Assembly: GCA_965262935.1 (NCBI GenBank)
Contig: OZ253572.1
Location: 4,420,042-4,484,041, forward strand
Direction: 5' to 3'
From: Spirochaetia bacterium
GTDB taxonomy: Bacteria; Spirochaetota; Spirochaetia; SZUA-6; Bin103
DNA length: 64,000 nucleotides
A program made the translations under genes and the position numbers. Of the stretch, positions 1-8,946 are shown piece after piece (the first letter of the stretch is position 1; the number at the start of each line of letters is the position of its first letter). The notes below the pieces were generated by a model. It was not told the DNA's origin. It did no database searches and was given only the letters and a program-made list of their open reading frames with translations.

Positions 1-185
1 CCGGCCACATCAAGTCGGCGCTGGTCGGCGTCTCGCTGAGCCTGATCGTCGACGGCGGCGCGCTGCAACTCGGCCACTCGCAGGCGGTCTACTTCATGGA
101 ATTCGACGGCCCGCGCGACCGCCAGCTCTACCTGCAACCGATGCCGGCGGCCGCCCCGCGCAAGGAGGCACATGACGATGTCTGA
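1..185 (+). CDS. YjbQ/UPF0047 family protein, C-terminal part (5' end outside window)
   Basis: Frame 3 reads GHIKSALVGVSLSLIVDGGALQLGHSQAVYFMEFDGPRDRQLYLQP... and ends at TGA 183-185. The HIK..L.G.S......G.L.LG..Q.....EFDGPR pattern is typical of the YjbQ family. It overlaps the next start by 14 nt. Confidence 0.55.
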   Translation, partial: GHIKSALVGVSLSLIVDGGALQLGHSQAVYFMEFDGPRDRQLYLQPMPAAAPRKEAHDDV

Positions 186-1077
186 TGCTGTGGACAAGCT
201 CTACCGGCAGTACGAGTATGCCGCCAACGTACCGCGCCGCGGCCTGCTGATCGACGGCAAGCCGGCGCTGACCGGCATCGACCCGAGCCGCATCGGCGAC
301 TACGTGATCGTCACCGTACGCGACCCGCTGTGCGCCTACGACGACGATCCCGCGCAGCAGGTTGCCGGCAACCTGCGCGACGCCGAGCTGGTGGCACGCA
401 CCGGCATGTTCACCACCTACAGCGGCTGGTTCGAAGACGCCCACATCAGCGTGGTCAGCGGCGGCAGCGGCTCACCGGAAGCGGAGCTGATCCTGCACGA
501 GTTCCTGGAGCACACCGAGGCCAGCGCCTACCTGCGCCTGGGCGGTTCCGGGGGCATGCACGAATCGGTGCGCCCCGGCGACGTGGTGATCAGCCAGGGC
601 GTGGTGCGCGACGAAGGCATGACCCGGGCCTACGTCGAGCCCTCCTTCCCGGCCGTCGCCAGCCCCGAAATCGTGCTCGCCCTCGCCCAGGCCGGCGAAC
701 ACCTGGGCGTCCGCTACCACGTCGGCATTACCCGCTCCAGCGACAGCGACTTCTGCGGCGTCGGTCGTCCGTCCGTAGGCGGCTACATGCAGCCGCGCCA
801 CCTGGAAGTGCTCGACTACTACCGCCGCGCCGGGGTGCTCAGCGGTGACCGTGAGTCGGCGGCGCTGGTCACCCTGCCACTGCTGTTCGGCAGGCGCGGC
901 GGCTCGATCTGCTCGGTCGCCGACAACATGGTGACCGGCGACAAGTTCCGCGCCGGCGCCGGCCACGACACCGCGCAGCGGGTCGCCCTGCGCGGACTCG
1001 CCATCCTGGCCCGCATGGACCGCGCCAAGGCGGCGGCGGGCCAACGCTACTGGACCCCGGCGCTGCGCTGCCCGTAG
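172..1077 (+). CDS. nucleoside phosphorylase (PNP/UDP family, uridine phosphorylase-like)
   Basis: 301-aa ORF with motifs VSGGSGSPEAELILHEF, LRLGGSGGM...PGDVVI and VVRDEGMTRAY, typical of PNP_UDP_1 enzymes. Confidence 0.8.
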   Translation: MTMSDAVDKLYRQYEYAANVPRRGLLIDGKPALTGIDPSRIGDYVIVTVRDPLCAYDDDPAQQVAGNLRDAELVARTGMFTTYSGWFEDAHISVVSGGSGSPEAELILHEFLEHTEASAYLRLGGSGGMHESVRPGDVVISQGVVRDEGMTRAYVEPSFPAVASPEIVLALAQAGEHLGVRYHVGITRSSDSDFCGVGRPSVGGYMQPRHLEVLDYYRRAGVLSGDRESAALVTLPLLFGRRGGSICSVADNMVTGDKFRAGAGHDTAQRVALRGLAILARMDRAKAAAGQRYWTPALRCP

Positions 1078-1115
1078 CGCGCGGGTCCTGTACCCGAATG
1101 CGTCTGGCCGAGCCG

Positions 1116-1961
1116 CTACTCGAGCGCCCGCTGGTCGCTCAGATCCTTGGCGCCGGCGCTGCGCGACATCGTGGCCCCGCGCCATTCCTTGATCTCCAGG
1201 TCGGCGAGCGTGTTGGCGATCATGTATTGCGTGGGAAGGTCTTCCCAGGTTGCACGGTGGAACTGCACCGAACCCTCGCCACGCCACATCTGCTGGGTCA
1301 CAGCGTTGCTGTTGCCATTCGGCGTCAGGCAGGCATATTCGACGTCGGCTTCGCCCCATGCGCCGGTGCGCGGCATGTACTTGTAGTGCAGCGTTCCTTG
1401 TGGGACACCATCCACCTCGACGGGCGGCGCTGGCGGAAAGTCGCTGGCGCTCAACTCCTTCATTCCGGTGAGGCGCAGGTCCATGAACCGGAAGCCTTGC
1501 CAACTGGCGGTCAAATGGGTCTCGTCGTTGCGGACCACCGGGTCCGGCAGATCGGCGAAGATCTTGGAGAAGCCGATTTGCTCGCGGCCAGTGAGGATGG
1601 GGTCGGTCATGTTCTCCCACAGCACGGTAAGCAACGAGCCAGCGGCGCGATCTTTGGTGCCCTGATATTGCACCGGAAAGGTGACGCCCAGGACATTGTA
1701 GCCACGCCCGGCCAGCCACTCGATCTCCTTCATGTGCGTGGTGAAAACAGAGACCACCGGCTCGCCGCGCAGCGAAAAGCCGGGCGGCAACAGCGCCTCG
1801 AGTTGTTCGGCGTTCGAGAGAAAGCTCACCGAGTAGGTCATATTCTTGGGGTAATCGATGCAGGCGAAGCGGCGCCCGTCCGGCCCCTGGCGCGGACCGG
1901 TCATCGGCCCGAAGTGGATCGGCATCAAATACATGACGCCTTTGTCTAGTTGATAGGACAT
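1116..1961 (-). CDS. acetoacetate decarboxylase family protein
   Basis: ORF 1116-2018. I prefer the start at MSYQLDKGVMYLMP (ATG 1961). The MPIHFGP, YPKNMTYSVSF and LHYKYMPR patterns are ADC-like. Confidence 0.75.
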   Translation of the reverse strand: MSYQLDKGVMYLMPIHFGPMTGPRQGPDGRRFACIDYPKNMTYSVSFLSNAEQLEALLPPGFSLRGEPVVSVFTTHMKEIEWLAGRGYNVLGVTFPVQYQGTKDRAAGSLLTVLWENMTDPILTGREQIGFSKIFADLPDPVVRNDETHLTASWQGFRFMDLRLTGMKELSASDFPPAPPVEVDGVPQGTLHYKYMPRTGAWGEADVEYACLTPNGNSNAVTQQMWRGEGSVQFHRATWEDLPTQYMIANTLADLEIKEWRGATMSRSAGAKDLSDQRALE

Positions 1962-2064
1962 CTCTACCGTAGCGTGGCGACCGCACGCCGCCACGTCAAC
2001 CTCACGCACTGCACGCACTGCCTCAACCGCCTCGCCGCCTCACCGCGCTGTGGCATAATGCGCT

Positions 2065-2652
2065 ATGGCTCGACTCCCAGTGCTCGACATCAATCAGCTC
2101 ACCGACCAACAACGCGCCGTGCTCGACGCGATCAACGCCGGCCCACGTGGCGCCACGGATCCGGGTATCGGCCTGCGCGGTCCATTTGGCGTGTGGGTGC
2201 GGTCGCCAAGCATCGGCATGCCTGCGCAGCAACTCGGTGCCGCTGCCCGGTTCCACACGTCGCTAAACGACCAAGTACGAGAGGTGGCGATCTGCGTCGT
2301 CGGCGCCTACTACCGCGCGAAGTTCGAGTTTGCGATGCATGGTCCAATGGCGGTGGCGGCGGGGGTCGATGCGGCTGCCATCGAGACCATTCGTCTGCGC
2401 GGCACACCGCCGCTGCCCGCCGATCAGGCAGCCAGCCACGAGCTAGCCGTGCAGCTCTTGCGCGACCACCGCATCGACGATGCCACCTACCAGACTGCCG
2501 TCGGCGTGCTGGGCGAAGGCGGCGTCATCGAGCTGGTCAACATCATCGGCTATTACTGCCTGGTCTCGTTGGTCCTGAACGCCTTCGAAGTGCCCCTCCA
2601 GGCGGGCATGACCGACCCGTTCCCGTCGGGAGGCATCGAGAATCTCGAGTGA
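2065..2652 (+). CDS. carboxymuconolactone decarboxylase (AhpD-like) family protein
   Basis: 195-aa ORF. The [25 protein letters not shown] and [19 protein letters not shown] helices are typical of the CMD family. Confidence 0.75.
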   Translation: MARLPVLDINQLTDQQRAVLDAINAGPRGATDPGIGLRGPFGVWVRSPSIGMPAQQLGAAARFHTSLNDQVREVAICVVGAYYRAKFEFAMHGPMAVAAGVDAAAIETIRLRGTPPLPADQAASHELAVQLLRDHRIDDATYQTAVGVLGEGGVIELVNIIGYYCLVSLVLNAFEVPLQAGMTDPFPSGGIENLE

Positions 2653-2781
2653 CACGAGATTGCCGTGTTCGTCGTAATCAAGGATCACACCAGGCTTGTG
2701 CTCGTCGCTCTCCGCGATCGCGGCATTCTCCTTGAGGATCACGATCAACGAGTCTGTCTTGAGGTCATACGTCGCTTTCAT
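2443..2781 (-). CDS. DUF2283 domain protein (putative antitoxin-like partner of DUF4258)
   Basis: [18 protein letters not shown]...[22 protein letters not shown] matches the DUF2283 pattern. The ORF has no stop until 2443, so its tail is antisense to the CMD gene. The true 3' end is uncertain. Confidence 0.6.
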   Translation of the reverse strand: MKATYDLKTDSLIVILKENAAIAESDEHKPGVILDYDEHGNLVSLEILDASRRERVGHARLEGHFEGVQDQRDQAVIADDVDQLDDAAFAQHADGSLVGGIVDAVVAQELHG

Positions 2782-2788
2782 GGTTCGT

Positions 2789-2890
2789 TCACGCCTCCCA
2801 GTACTTGGCGACTCGGCTCGTGAGATACACGGCTACCACCTCGTTGGGCACTCGATCGACGTCGAGCGCGATCCGGTCTGATGCGATCAC
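2789..2890 (-). pseudogene. DUF4258-like toxin remnant (C-terminal ~33 codons only)
   Basis: The minus-strand translation [33 protein letters not shown] resembles the ...VITAYKTSKIKKY tail of DUF4258 proteins. It lies directly upstream of the DUF2283 gene. Confidence 0.3.
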
Positions 2891-3419
2891 CGGCGCACGG
2901 CGTCGCAGAACCTATATCGCTAGTGCTGGTTGCGGCTCGTAGCGCCGGACCTCGATCTCATCCTCTCGCGCTTGCGCCTGTACGACGTCGTAGGCCCTTC
3001 GTCTTGGTGATAGTCGACCAATTCAACCGCTTGAGCCCACGATAGCGAGAGCTCCGTATCACCTCCCGAACCGTAATGTGTCAGTCGACACTTGTCAACG
3101 GGGCCGGAGAAGAGAAGCCACGCAGTCCTTTCCCTTCTACGCGGGATGATCGAGTGCCAAGGGATCCACACGTGACGACTCCCGGATCGGGCGCGCGGCC
3201 GTGGGCGGGGTGGGAATACGAAAACGGCAACGGCGGATGACAAGATCAGGCCGCTACGGTCTCACACGCACCGCGCACCGAGGGCACCCGGTCAGGCCGC
3301 GGCCCTGAGCGGAGCGATGCGCGCGCCGGCGTGCATCAGTCCGCCCAACCGGTCCGACCGCTCAGCGAGTGCCAGCGTGACTGAACGCGGTAAGCGGCCC
3401 GTGCTGGAAAAAATCGGTT

Positions 3420-3451
3420 GGAAAACCGGGGGAAAACCGGGGAAAACCGGG
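3420..3451. repeat. tandem GGAAAACCGG(G) x3
   Basis: ggaaaaccggg ggaaaaccgg ggaaaaccgg read directly. It ends 5 nt before the conserved GGGGTTGACAC motif. Confidence 0.9.
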
Positions 3452-3646
3452 CGCAGGGGTTGACACACTTTTTCGCCGTCGTTGCTGGCCCCTGGTGCGC
3501 CTCGGAACCCTGCAATGGTCTGTGCGCCTCCCGTTGTCCGACCGCGTGCTGTTAGCGGTGCCATAGTGCGCCGTGTGGGCGCTGCCAGTGCCCGGTCGAG
3601 GACTTGCAACAATCTGCTATCTCTCAACCGAGTGTATAATTACGGC

Positions 3647-5776
3647 ATGATAAGCGTGACTTGCAGACGACCGTTCAGCGAGCTGGGCGATCAGCAGCTC
3701 CTCGATCAGACCAGGCGTCTGGCCGCCAATCAGCGCTGCATCGAAGTGCACATCCTGGACCATCTCGACGAGATAGACCGCCGCGGTCTTGCGCTGCGGC
3801 GCGGGTTCTCGAGCCTGTTCGACTACGCGGTGCGGGAGTTGCGCTTCACCGACGCGTCCGCGCAGCGGCGCATCCAGACGATGCGGCTGTGCCGGAGGCA
3901 TGGGTGGGTGCGGGCCAGCCTGCAGAGCGGAGAGTTGAGTATGACCTCGGCGGCGCAGTTGGAAACCACCTTTGCCGGTGCCGAGCGGGCCGAGCGCCAG
4001 AGCCGTACCGGGCGCCGGAACGTCGGTCAGGGTCGCTGCGACGATCAGGACCACGATTCCGCTGGCCGAACCAGGCAGCTTGGGCTGCCGGCAGCGCCGA
4101 GCGAAGCGGGTGAGCGAGGGGAGCGCGGGCCCCGATCGGCGCCGGAGCTTGCACCGCCGGCCGAGCAGTGCGCCGGTGATGCGACGGCGGTGAACACGCG
4201 CGTGGCGCCGGTGGCGAGCCACGCTGTTGCGCAGGACTGCGGCGCCGGGCATGCCGGCGCGCTACTGCCGCGGCCGAAATTGAGCGGGAACGCCTCGCTG
4301 TTTCCGGTGCCCTCCTGCGCTCCCGATCCCGATCCCGTTCCCGTTTCCGCCGCGCCGTCATCGGACGAAGGCCATGCTCCACAACTTCTGCCGCCGACGC
4401 ATCTCCCGGCGCTGGCGTCGGCGCCAGCGCCCGTGCCCGCGCCCTTTCTGCCGGTCGCGGCGCCATCGGAGTCGCTGCGGGCCGCTTCGCGCGCGCCGGA
4501 ATCGTCCCAGGATGATCCGTTTGCGCAGCTGTCGCCCGGCCCGGTGTCGGTGGCTCCGCTACTGCACCCGCAACGCCAGCGCGAGCTGATCGAGCAGGCC
4601 GCCGGCATGAGCACCCGCCAGGTCGCCGACCTGCTGGCTGCCGCCGGTCCCGAGGTGGTGCCACCGCGCGACACGCTGCGCGCCGTGGCGCCCGACCGCT
4701 ACACCTTGAAGGTGACCATCGACCAGGAGTGCGAACAGGGACTGCGCCGGCTGAAGGATCTCATGTCGCACCTCGACCCGCGCATGTCGTGGGGCGACCT
4801 GGTGGCGCGCATGGTGCGCGAGGCGGTGGCGTGGCACGACTCGCGCGGCGGCGGTAACGGGCACAGGCGGCGGCGAAGCGCGGGCAGCGCGGGCGCATCA
4901 CCGCGGCGGGCGCCGAACCGGACACATGCCGCCGCGGCGCCGGCGGCCCCGGCTCGGCTCGGAGGCGGCGATACTCCGGCGCCGCGGGGTGACACCGCCG
5001 CTGGCGAAAGGCAGAACCCGATCGTGATGTCGGCCAACGCTGCTGCGGCGCCGCAGTCAGCACCCGCTGCGCTGGTAAATGGCGCCCGCGTAGGTGGTGT
5101 TCCAGCGGCTGCGCCCGACGCCGCTGCTGCGCCGCAGTCAGCGCGCGCCGCACTGTCAGATGGCGCCCGCGCAGGTGGTGTTCCATCGGGCGCGCCCGAC
5201 GCTGCTGCGGCGCCGCAGTGCGCGGGCGGCGCCTCGGCGGATGGCTCGCATGCGGGCGCCGGGGTGCCGGTTTCTCCGGTCGCTACTCCGGCGCCGGAGC
5301 CGGTACTCGGCGTGTTCCCTGACGGCGAACTGCCCGGCGCATCCGGGGCAGCGGGCGGCGCCTCGGCGGATGGTTCCCATGCGGGCGCCGGGGTGCCGGT
5401 CTCGCCGGTCGCCACTCCGGCGCCGGAGCGGGTACTCGGCGTGTCCCCTGACAGCGGACCGAGTGGCGCCTCAGCCGGAGCAGCGGCGCACACGACACGC
5501 GAATCTGTCCACAGCTCCCACCAATCCCCGCCACGGCGCCACATTCCTGCGGCGGTCCGGCGCCACGTTTGGCAACGCGACGGAGGACGCTGCTGTTATC
5601 GTGATCCGCTCACCGGGCGCCGCTGCACCTCTTCCCATCTGCTGCAGATCGACCACCTGCTGCCGGTCGCCCAGGGCGGTGGTCCGGAGCCGTCCAATCT
5701 CAAGTTATCGTGCTTTGCTCATCACCGCCTGCGCCACGGCCACGGACCGGCTCCGGCTCCGGAGCCCCAGATGTAG
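3647..5776 (+). CDS. DUF222-like / HNH endonuclease protein (REP13E12-type), copy 1
   Basis: ORF 3482-5776. The start is set at ATG 3647, 7 nt after TATAAT 3635-3640. The C-terminus WQRDGGRCCY...SSHLLQIDHLLPVAQGGGPEPSNLKLSCFAHHRLRH is an HNH motif. The N-terminus (LDHLDEIDRRGLALRRGFSSLFDY) resembles the N-terminal domain of this family. Confidence 0.8.
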   Translation: MISVTCRRPFSELGDQQLLDQTRRLAANQRCIEVHILDHLDEIDRRGLALRRGFSSLFDYAVRELRFTDASAQRRIQTMRLCRRHGWVRASLQSGELSMTSAAQLETTFAGAERAERQSRTGRRNVGQGRCDDQDHDSAGRTRQLGLPAAPSEAGERGERGPRSAPELAPPAEQCAGDATAVNTRVAPVASHAVAQDCGAGHAGALLPRPKLSGNASLFPVPSCAPDPDPVPVSAAPSSDEGHAPQLLPPTHLPALASAPAPVPAPFLPVAAPSESLRAASRAPESSQDDPFAQLSPGPVSVAPLLHPQRQRELIEQAAGMSTRQVADLLAAAGPEVVPPRDTLRAVAPDRYTLKVTIDQECEQGLRRLKDLMSHLDPRMSWGDLVARMVREAVAWHDSRGGGNGHRRRRSAGSAGASPRRAPNRTHAAAAPAAPARLGGGDTPAPRGDTAAGERQNPIVMSANAAAAPQSAPAALVNGARVGGVPAAAPDAAAAPQSARAALSDGARAGGVPSGAPDAAAAPQCAGGASADGSHAGAGVPVSPVATPAPEPVLGVFPDGELPGASGAAGGASADGSHAGAGVPVSPVATPAPERVLGVSPDSGPSGASAGAAAHTTRESVHSSHQSPPRRHIPAAVRRHVWQRDGGRCCYRDPLTGRRCTSSHLLQIDHLLPVAQGGGPEPSNLKLSCFAHHRLRHGHGPAPAPEPQM
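5036..5220 (+). repeat. in-frame 81-bp tandem repeat (~2.3 copies) inside HNH gene
   Basis: The gctgctgcggcgccgcagtca... unit recurs at ~5036, ~5117 and ~5198. It encodes AAAPQSA.AAL..GAR.GGVP..APD. Confidence 0.8.
5225..5482 (+). repeat. in-frame 129-bp tandem repeat (2 copies) inside HNH gene
   Basis: The ggcggcgcctcggcggatgg... unit starts at 5225 and again at 5354. It encodes GGASADGSHAGAGVPVSPVATPAPE.VLGV.PD twice. Confidence 0.85.
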
Positions 5777-6014
5777 CGCTTCCTCCGCGCTGCTGGCGCG
5801 CAACTCGACTGCGCTGGCCGACGGCTCGCAGGTGGCCCAGCGGGACACACTTCGCATCTCCGCAAGCCGAGCGTGCATCTTCGCTGCCGCATCATCAGAC
5901 CCTGGCCGTGGTCTACCGTCTACGAATTCCTGCCGCTTCCGGCGTTCGGACCCCCGTGGGCGGCCGTGAGCGCCACGGCTTGCCATGCGGCGCCAGTGTG
6001 ATACAACACGGGGC

Positions 6015-7790
6015 ATGACTTGTATGACCTCGGCAGGTTCCACCCGGCCGTTCACGGGGACGCCGTCGCAGGTGGTGGTGGAACAGCTCGCCGCCCTCGG
6101 CGTCCGCTACGTATTCAACAACACGGGCTCGCATGAAGCGGCGTTCTTCGACGCGTTGTATGGCCGCGCCGGCATCCACGGCATCCTGGGGCTACACGAA
6201 GGCGTGGTTACGTCGATGGCCGGCGGTTACGCCCAGGTGGGGCCGCAGCCGGCGGTGATGCTCGCGCACCTGGACGCCGGCCTTGGCCAGTCGCTGGGGC
6301 AGATGTTGAACGTGTGGAACGCGAAGCTGCCGGTGGTGACCCTGACCTACGCGGCCGATACCGGCAGCGCGGTCGACAAGCGCGGCTGGGGCCATCATAT
6401 CGACCACAGCTTTGGCCCGACCTACCTGTCGGCGCCTTACGTAAAGGCGAGCTGGGCCGTTATCGACCCGGCCGGTCTGGCGCACGCGGTGTACCGCGCG
6501 GTCCTCACCGCCATGACGCCGCCCATGGGACCGGTGCACCTGGCCATCTATGAGGACGCCATCGGCATGCAGCCGATCGAGGCCACCATCATCAAGGGGC
6601 CGCTGCCGGAACTGCGCGCCGGTTACCCGAGCGACGCCGAGGTCGAGGCGGTGATGCGGGCGCTCGCCGCGGCGCAGCGACCGTTGCTGTACGTGGGCGA
6701 CGGCATCTGGAAGAGCGGCGCCGCGCAACGGCTGAACGCGTTCGCCGACCGCGTCGGTGCGCGGGTCGCCGATGGCGACCAGTTCAACCGCGCGGTGCAG
6801 CCCAACCATCCGCTGAACTGCCAGGACCTCGCGGCGCTCGATCCCGACTTCGTGCTGGCGATCGGCGTGCGCCAGCACAGCTTCTCGCGAGCGCACGCGG
6901 CCTACCGCAAGTTTCCCCATGCCCGAATCGTGGCGGTCGGCCCCGACGTCGAGAACCTCACCAACATGGCAGGGTTGAGCGCGGCGGTCGTGGCGGACGA
7001 GGCGCGCACGCTGGAGCGCCTGTCGGCGTGGCTGGATGCCGCGCCCGGTGCGCCGGCTGTGGCGGGCGCTGCGTCCGCTACCGGGGCCGCGGTCGCCGCG
7101 CGGCGAGAGCAGGCCTTGCAGGCGGCGGCCGAGGAACTCTCACAGCGGCATGCCACGCGGCCGACGGCGCCGGCGCCCGCCGGCACCGTGCGCGCGTGGG
7201 TGCTCGCGGACGAGGTGCACAAGGCGGCCGAGGCGGTCGGCGGCGCCAACATCACCATGGAGAACTTTGCCCTGTGGGCGTGGAACGGCGGCATTCAGCC
7301 GCCCGGCCGCTCGGAGTACATCCCGCAGGCGGGCGGTTCCGAGGGCTACGGCATGGGAGCCGCGATCGGGGTAAAGCTGGCGGCGCCCGACACGCCGGTG
7401 ATCGCCGTGGTCGGCGACGGCTCGGTGTTCTATGGGGACACCGCGTTCTGGACCGCGGCCCACCACCGGGTGCCGGTGTTGTACGTCGTGCCCAACAACG
7501 GCGGCTACGGGATCGTCGCCGGCAGCTTCGTGCGGGTCGCTTCCGCAGGCGCGATGGGCGCGGCCGGCGAGTGGCCGGGAGTGGTGCTGGACGGCATCGA
7601 CATGGTCGGGGTCGCCAGGGCGTACGGGGTCGAAGGGCGCGACATTCGCGCCGAGGCGGAGTTGCCGGACGCGCTACGGGCGGGCCTGGAGGTGGTCCGG
7701 AACGAGCGGCGGCCCTACCTGCTGAATGTCCACATCCCCTCGGTGCTGCCGGAAGGGGGACGCCAGGCGGCTCCCTTTCAGCTCGCGTGA
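6015..7790 (+). CDS. thiamine-pyrophosphate-dependent enzyme (acetolactate synthase / benzoylformate decarboxylase-like)
   Basis: ORF 5985-7790. N-terminal PYR domain (VVEQLAALGVRYVFNNTGSHEAAFFDAL, GGYAQVGPQPAVML). C-terminal TPP motif GDGSVFYGDTAFWTAAHHRVPVLYVVPNNGGYG. The start is ambiguous (5985, 6015 or 6024). Confidence 0.8.
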   Translation: MTCMTSAGSTRPFTGTPSQVVVEQLAALGVRYVFNNTGSHEAAFFDALYGRAGIHGILGLHEGVVTSMAGGYAQVGPQPAVMLAHLDAGLGQSLGQMLNVWNAKLPVVTLTYAADTGSAVDKRGWGHHIDHSFGPTYLSAPYVKASWAVIDPAGLAHAVYRAVLTAMTPPMGPVHLAIYEDAIGMQPIEATIIKGPLPELRAGYPSDAEVEAVMRALAAAQRPLLYVGDGIWKSGAAQRLNAFADRVGARVADGDQFNRAVQPNHPLNCQDLAALDPDFVLAIGVRQHSFSRAHAAYRKFPHARIVAVGPDVENLTNMAGLSAAVVADEARTLERLSAWLDAAPGAPAVAGAASATGAAVAARREQALQAAAEELSQRHATRPTAPAPAGTVRAWVLADEVHKAAEAVGGANITMENFALWAWNGGIQPPGRSEYIPQAGGSEGYGMGAAIGVKLAAPDTPVIAVVGDGSVFYGDTAFWTAAHHRVPVLYVVPNNGGYGIVAGSFVRVASAGAMGAAGEWPGVVLDGIDMVGVARAYGVEGRDIRAEAELPDALRAGLEVVRNERRPYLLNVHIPSVLPEGGRQAAPFQLA

Positions 7791-7805
7791 GGTTGGTTCA
7801 ACCGT

Positions 7806-8852
7806 TCAACCGAGTTCGATACCGAGCTTCGCCGCGGCCTCGGTCATCTGCTTCCAGGTCGGTTCGTCCACGAACACGCCGTCGGCCTCTCGTTGCCCGC
7901 GGTTGCGCGACTCGGGCTCACCCGGCACCAGAATCTCGTCGAATCCTGCCATCAGGGAGGAACTCTTCAGCCACTCCACGAACGCCGCCGTGTCGCGCTT
8001 GAAGTCGTCGGGGGCGATGAATGCCGCGATGTCGAGTGCCATCATGAACACGCCGTTGCCCCAGCGCGTCTGACCGGCGCGGCTGTAGCCGGCCCCGCCA
8101 AGGGCGCCCGACAGCACTTCTACCAGAATCGACAACGCGAAGCCCTTGTGGGCGCTGTCGCCCCCGAACGGAAGGATGGCGCCTCGGGGAGGGCCGTAGA
8201 ACTGCTCGGGGTCGGTAATCGGGCGTCCGTCGGCGTCGAGCGCCCAGCCGTCCGGCATCGGCTCGCCGAGGTTGCGCTTCATCTTGATCTTGCCCTCGGC
8301 GACCACGCTGGAGGTCATGTCGACGACGATCGGCAGCTCGCCGCCGGTCGGCACGCCAAGCGCGATCGGATTGGGCGACATGCGCGGCTGGGCGCCCCCG
8401 AAGGGCACTTGCAGCAGCCCGCCGCCATGGTTGTTGCAGGTCACCAGGCCGATCATGTCGTTGGCCGCGGCCGTCTCCACGTACTCGCCGAGCCGGCCGA
8501 TGTGGCCGCAGTTGAACACCTCGACCACCCCCACCGAGGTCTGCCTCGCCTTCTCGATGGCCAGTGCCATGGCCTGCGTGGCGACCGTCTGGCCGAAGCC
8601 CCACTTGCCGTCGACCACGGCCGAGGCGGGGGCTTCGCGAACCACCTCGATGGTGACGCCCGGCACGAAACCGCCTTGTTCCAGCACGCCGAGGTACTGG
8701 GGCAGGCGCGTGACGCCGTGCGAGTCGTGGCCCATCAGGTTGGAGAGCACCAGCGATCCGGCGATGTGCCGGGCCTCATCGTCAGACAGACCCGCCGCGC
8801 CAAGCAGGCGCTGCGCGTGGGAGGTGAGTTGATCGGGAGTGAAAGTTGGCAT
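7806..8852 (-). CDS. Ldh_2 family (malate/L-lactate/sulfolactate dehydrogenase-type) oxidoreductase
   Basis: The start is set at MPTFTPDQL (ATG 8852). GHDSHGVTRLPQY, NCGHIGRLGEY, SPNPIALGVP and ILPFGGDSAHKGFALS are Ldh_2 signatures. Confidence 0.85.
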   Translation of the reverse strand: MPTFTPDQLTSHAQRLLGAAGLSDDEARHIAGSLVLSNLMGHDSHGVTRLPQYLGVLEQGGFVPGVTIEVVREAPASAVVDGKWGFGQTVATQAMALAIEKARQTSVGVVEVFNCGHIGRLGEYVETAAANDMIGLVTCNNHGGGLLQVPFGGAQPRMSPNPIALGVPTGGELPIVVDMTSSVVAEGKIKMKRNLGEPMPDGWALDADGRPITDPEQFYGPPRGAILPFGGDSAHKGFALSILVEVLSGALGGAGYSRAGQTRWGNGVFMMALDIAAFIAPDDFKRDTAAFVEWLKSSSLMAGFDEILVPGEPESRNRGQREADGVFVDEPTWKQMTEAAAKLGIELG

Positions 8853-8946
8853 GTCAGCCCCGCCATGGTAGCAGACCGGCGCGGGAAATACGAGGATACG
8901 AGGCGACTCACTTGTCGCGGCGCGCGCGGGCAGGTATAGTTCGGGC

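Noticed and set aside
472-1986. 504-aa ORF on the minus strand overlapping the nucleoside phosphorylase and ADC genes
   Set aside because: The Arg/Ala/Gly-rich product has no motifs. It is the antisense shadow of well-supported genes, which is typical of high-G+C DNA.
2920-3243. 107-aa minus-strand ORF (…HVWIPWHSIIPRRRERTAWLLFSG…) possibly a BrnT-like toxin remnant
   Set aside because: The resemblance (IISARRA.R.ER-like) is too weak, both ends are Arg/Pro/Ser low-complexity, and no partner gene is present.
3460-3465. TTGACA in the conserved box (also 44644-44649) as a sigma70 -35 element
   Set aside because: No acceptable -10 hexamer lies 16-18 nt downstream in either copy (TGCTGG / TCCGGA). 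The box is kept as a conserved motif of unknown role rather than called a promoter.
5036-5482. Possible CRISPR array, because of regularly spaced repeats
   Set aside because: The units are contiguous tandem duplications with no unique spacers. Their periods are multiples of 3, and they lie in frame within the HNH gene linker. No cas genes are present.
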